Assembly: GCA_030390025.1 (NCBI GenBank)
Contig: CM059436.1
Coordinates: 84,692,001-84,756,000, forward strand
Source of the DNA: Squalus acanthias
Lineage: Eukaryota
Reading direction: 5' to 3'
Length of the DNA stretch: 64,000 nucleotides
The position numbers and the translations under genes are program-made. The notes beneath the pieces are model-generated. The model did no database searches. It was not told where the DNA came from and was given only the letters and a program-made list of their open reading frames with translations. Of this stretch, positions 60,786 through 64,000 are shown piece by piece. Every line of letters starts with the position of its first letter. The stretch's first letter is position 1.

Positions 60786-62490
60786 CATAGAATTTTACAG
60801 CACAGAAGGAGGCCATTCAGCTTGTCATGCCTATGCCGGCTCTTTGAAAGAGTTCTGACGAAGGGTCATTGACCAGAAACATGGACTGTTTCTCTCTCCA
60901 CAGATGCTGCCTGAACGGCTGAGTATTTCCAGCATTTTCTGTTTTTATTTCAGATTTCCAGCTTCTGTAGTATTTTGCTTTTGTATCTTTGAAAAAGCTG
61001 TCCAATTTAGTCCCACACTGCAGCTTCTTCCCCATAACCCTGCAAATTAGTCCCCTTCAAGTTCATGTCCAATTGTCTTTAAAAAGTTCCTATGGAGTCT
61101 GATTCCACCACCCTTTCAGGTAGTACATTCAAGATCTTAACACCCTCTGTGTGAAGAGATTTCTCATTTCCCCTCTAGTATTTTTGTCAATTATTTTAAA
61201 TCTATGACCTCTGGTTATTAACCCACTTGCCAGAGGAAATACTTTTGGAAACAGTTTCCCCCTACTTACTATATCAAAACCACTTATACTTTTGAATACC
61301 TCTATTTTGTCTCCCCTTAACCCTCTCTGTTCTAAGGAGAACAATCCCAGCTTCTCCGATCTCTTCACATAACTGAAGTCCCTCATCCCTGGCATCATCC
61401 TGGTAAACCTCCTCTGTACCCTGTCCAGGGTCTTGACATCCTTTCTAAAGTGTGATGTCCAGAATTGTACACAACACTCCACCCGAGGCCTAAAAAGAGA
61501 TCTGTAAAGGCTTAGCATGACTTCATTGTTTTTGTATTCAATGCCCCTATTTACAAAGCCAAGTATCCCATACGCTTTCTTAACTGCCTTATCAACTTGC
61601 CCTGCCACCCTCAAAGATTTGTGAATATGCACCCCCAGGTCTCTGTTCTTGCACCTCCCCGCCCCCGCCTCAAAATAGTACCATTTAGATTATACTTCCT
61701 CTCCATGTTGTTTCTCCCACAGTGCATCACTTCACACTTATCCGCATTAAATTGCATCTGCCATGCGTCTGCCCATTTCACCAATCTGTATATGCCCTCC
61801 TGAAAGCCCATATATACATCATCTACTGCACTACCTTCATCAACCCCCTCGGTTACTTCAAAGAACTCAATCAGGTTAGTCAGACACGATTTGTCTTTAA
61901 CAAATCCATGCTGGCTGTCGCTTATTAACCCATGTTGCTCCAAGTGAGAATTAATTTTTATCATTGACAATCGTCTCTAGTAGTTTTCCCACCACTGATG
62001 TTGGACTGATTGGCCTGTAGTTACCAGGTTTATCCGTCTTCCCTTTTTTGAACAGGGGTGTAAAATTTGCAATCCTCCAGTTCTCTGGCACCACTCCAAA
62101 ATCCAAGGAGGATTGAAAGATTGTGGTCAGAGCTTCTGCGGTCTCCATCCTCGTTTTCCTCAGCAACCTAGGATACACCCCCATCTGTACCGGGTGGCTT
62201 GTTGACCGAGTGATGCCAACCTATTTAGCACCTCCTTTCTATCCAATATCTCTACTCCCCCCATCTCTACTCTGACATTAACTTCATCCTCTTTTGTGAA
62301 GACTGATGCAAAGTACTCATTCAGTACCTCATTTATGCCCTCTGCCTCCACAAGATTTTCTTTCTCGTCTCTAATTGGCCCCACCTTTCTTTTAACTATC
62401 TTTTTACGTTTATAAAAGATTTTTAGGTTCCCTTTTATGTTACCTGGTAATCTTTTCTCATACTCTCTCTTTGCCCTTCTATTTCCCCCT
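60786..62490 (-). mobile_element. CR1 LINE, internally deleted, with a Penelope-like insertion in its 3' UTR
   Basis: NYRPISPTSVVGK, QHGFVKDKSCLTNLIEFF, WQMQFNADKCEV and LGLFSLEQR on -. Confidence 0.92.
60853..60985 (+). mobile_element. Penelope-like terminal fragment, family B, with a degenerate hammerhead at 60851-60887
   Basis: Matches 59664-59797. Flanked by TCTTTGAAAGAG / TCTTTGAAAAAG (60841-60852, 60986-60997). Confidence 0.8.
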
Positions 62491-62997
62491 GCCCTCTCGG
62501 TATTCTGCCTGTTAATGTATCATTTACATCAACAAGGATGGTGATTCTTAATAAAAGGATGTCAAATCTTAAGCAAACACCCTGTAGATATAGCCCACAT
62601 ACTTACTCCTCCTCCTCCACACTCTCTCTCTCTCTCTCCTCCCCACCCCCCCCCCCCCCCCCCCCCAAAAAACTTTTTTCCCATCTCCATGTTTCTTCCT
62701 TGAACCTGGCAGTTAATGCTGGAATATTGCGACACAGGCAGCAGTATCTTTCACAACTCAGCTAGGGCAGTACTGCCTGGTTATGTGATAGCGATAACTA
62801 GGGCAATCACGGGTGTCCCTCACTGAATTGATGTCAAGACAAGCATGCTTTCAGCAGGCATCAATGGACAATGATCAAAGCAAGAACCCTATTTTCTCCT
62901 CCCTAGCCAAGGCACCAGGAGATCCACTTCCACCCTAACTCAAATTGGCTAACTTCATGTAGACCAGAGAAAGAACCCAGCATCTTTGTTGTCTGAA

Positions 62998-63084
62998 ATA
63001 ACAGAAAATGCTGGAAACACTCAACAGGTCAGGCAGTAACCACGTTATTTCAGATTTCCAGCATCCACAGTATTTTGCTATTGT
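62998..63084. mobile_element. Penelope-like family B fragment with a 5' inversion
   Basis: First half is the reverse complement of ~59720-59767, second half is the forward ~59758-59795. Flanked by a perfect 16-bp repeat ATCTTTGTTGTCTGAA (62982-62997, 63085-63100). Confidence 0.75.
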
Positions 63085-63281
63085 ATCTTTGTTGTCTGAA
63101 TGGTTTTGTGGTTTCTCACAAGCAAATGTGTGCTGACAACATGTCAACAGTTTCTCAACCAGAAAGAATCTTGCCACCAATGCGTATTAATTTTCATGAT
63201 TCAAAGTTGCTACCTTGAATGTTAACTTTAAAAAAAAACTCAAATCCCAGGAAAATTTTATTGTTTAGAAATGCTACTTAC

Positions 63282-63350
63282 ACTGCTCCAGCTAAGAAAC
63301 AAGCTTTGAATATGTGGTCGTCTTCAAACTGAGGGTCCTTGAATAGTATA
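63282..63350 (-). CDS. XRN2: XRN2 internal exon (6th from last)
   Basis: ttgcag|T ATA CTA TTC AAG GAC CCT CAG TTT... encodes ILFKDPQFEDDHIFKACFLAGA(V), then |gtaagt. Matches the FKDPQF motif, and phases agree with neighbouring exons. Confidence 0.92.
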
Positions 63351-63474
63351 CTGCAAGGAGGGAGGGAAATGTTTGCATTAAGCAGACTCCTTTCATTATA
63401 CACATCAACGAACAAAACAGACTAAATCTGTGACCGGAAACGTTAGTAAGTTGTGTTAATAAATTTTCACTTAC

Positions 63475-63531
63475 CTGCATGCATTATTCTGAACAATGTC
63501 TTGCAATGCTGGTATAGGAGAAACTACTGCC
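63475..63531 (-). CDS. XRN2: 5'-3' exoribonuclease 2, internal exon (7th from last)
   Basis: tttttag|G GCA GTA... encodes AVVSPIPALQDIVQNNAC(S), then |gtaagt. Aligns with human XRN2 IVCSPVPMLRDLTQNTVVS as recalled. Confidence 0.85.
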
Positions 63532-64000
63532 CTAAAAATAAATACATAAAGAAATTCATGCAACCAAATAACAAAGATGTGCCTCCCTTCGCTGATTTGT
63601 CTTTTATTAAATCTTATTTCTTCTCCCTGCATTTACATTGTCAAAATTGGAGCACCTGAGTCACTGATCTTTCCAATTCCCCAGTAGAAAGCATGTGCAC
63701 ATAAAATAGATACGAATTATTATCCTTTCTCCTTAACATTCCGCCCCCGCCCCCAGAAATAGCGTTTCCTTTCAAGTATGACTCCAGGCGAGTGCACACC
63801 CAAGAACAGATACAAGTTTGTTCAAGCAGCTGGTAATTCTGGATCTCAACATTCTAGTCCAGAATCAAGCACTAACTACTCAGGCTGCATTTAAAATTGA
63901 ATTGCGTTTTCAGTTTTTGAATCAGATTCATCGTTCAAGTACTCCCTCTGCCTTGCAGTAAATTAGCGTTTTACTTTCAGTCTATGAAATGAGTCTTAAA

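Noticed and set aside
63532-64000. A further upstream XRN2 exon
   Set aside because: I found no in-phase exon matching the expected peptide. It is presumably beyond the window.
1-64000. CRISPR array or prokaryotic operon-type system
   Set aside because: The sequence is vertebrate with spliceosomal introns, and no regularly spaced repeat-spacer array is present.

Overview
Vertebrate genomic DNA, most likely from a cartilaginous fish (shark-type CR1, L2 and Penelope-like repeats plus SacSINE1/Deu-SINE). It holds two convergent genes. The first is the complete two-exon homeobox gene NKX2-4 on the + strand (CDS 15009-15381 + 16280-16944, 345 aa). The second is the last seven coding exons of the 5'-3' exoribonuclease XRN2 on the - strand (63531 down to the stop at 36189); the ORF track shows only fragments of these exons. 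The tail-to-tail XRN2/NKX2-4 arrangement matches the mammalian locus. NKX2-4 sits in a ~16 kb CpG-retaining, nearly transposon-free domain with several candidate conserved enhancers, and its proximal promoter resembles the NKX2-1 promoter as I recall it. The rest of the window is a layered archive of transposon remnants: CR1, L2, SINEs, Harbinger-, hAT- and Tc1-like MITEs, and a Harbinger-type Myb/SANT remnant. The most distinctive signal is five short Penelope-like insertions from two families, each flanked by a 10-16 bp direct repeat. Four carry a minimal hammerhead ribozyme core, and one has a 5'-inverted structure. I see no convincing evidence of a wholly new biological system. Repeat boundaries are read by eye, and family names come from recalled consensus sequences, not database searches.
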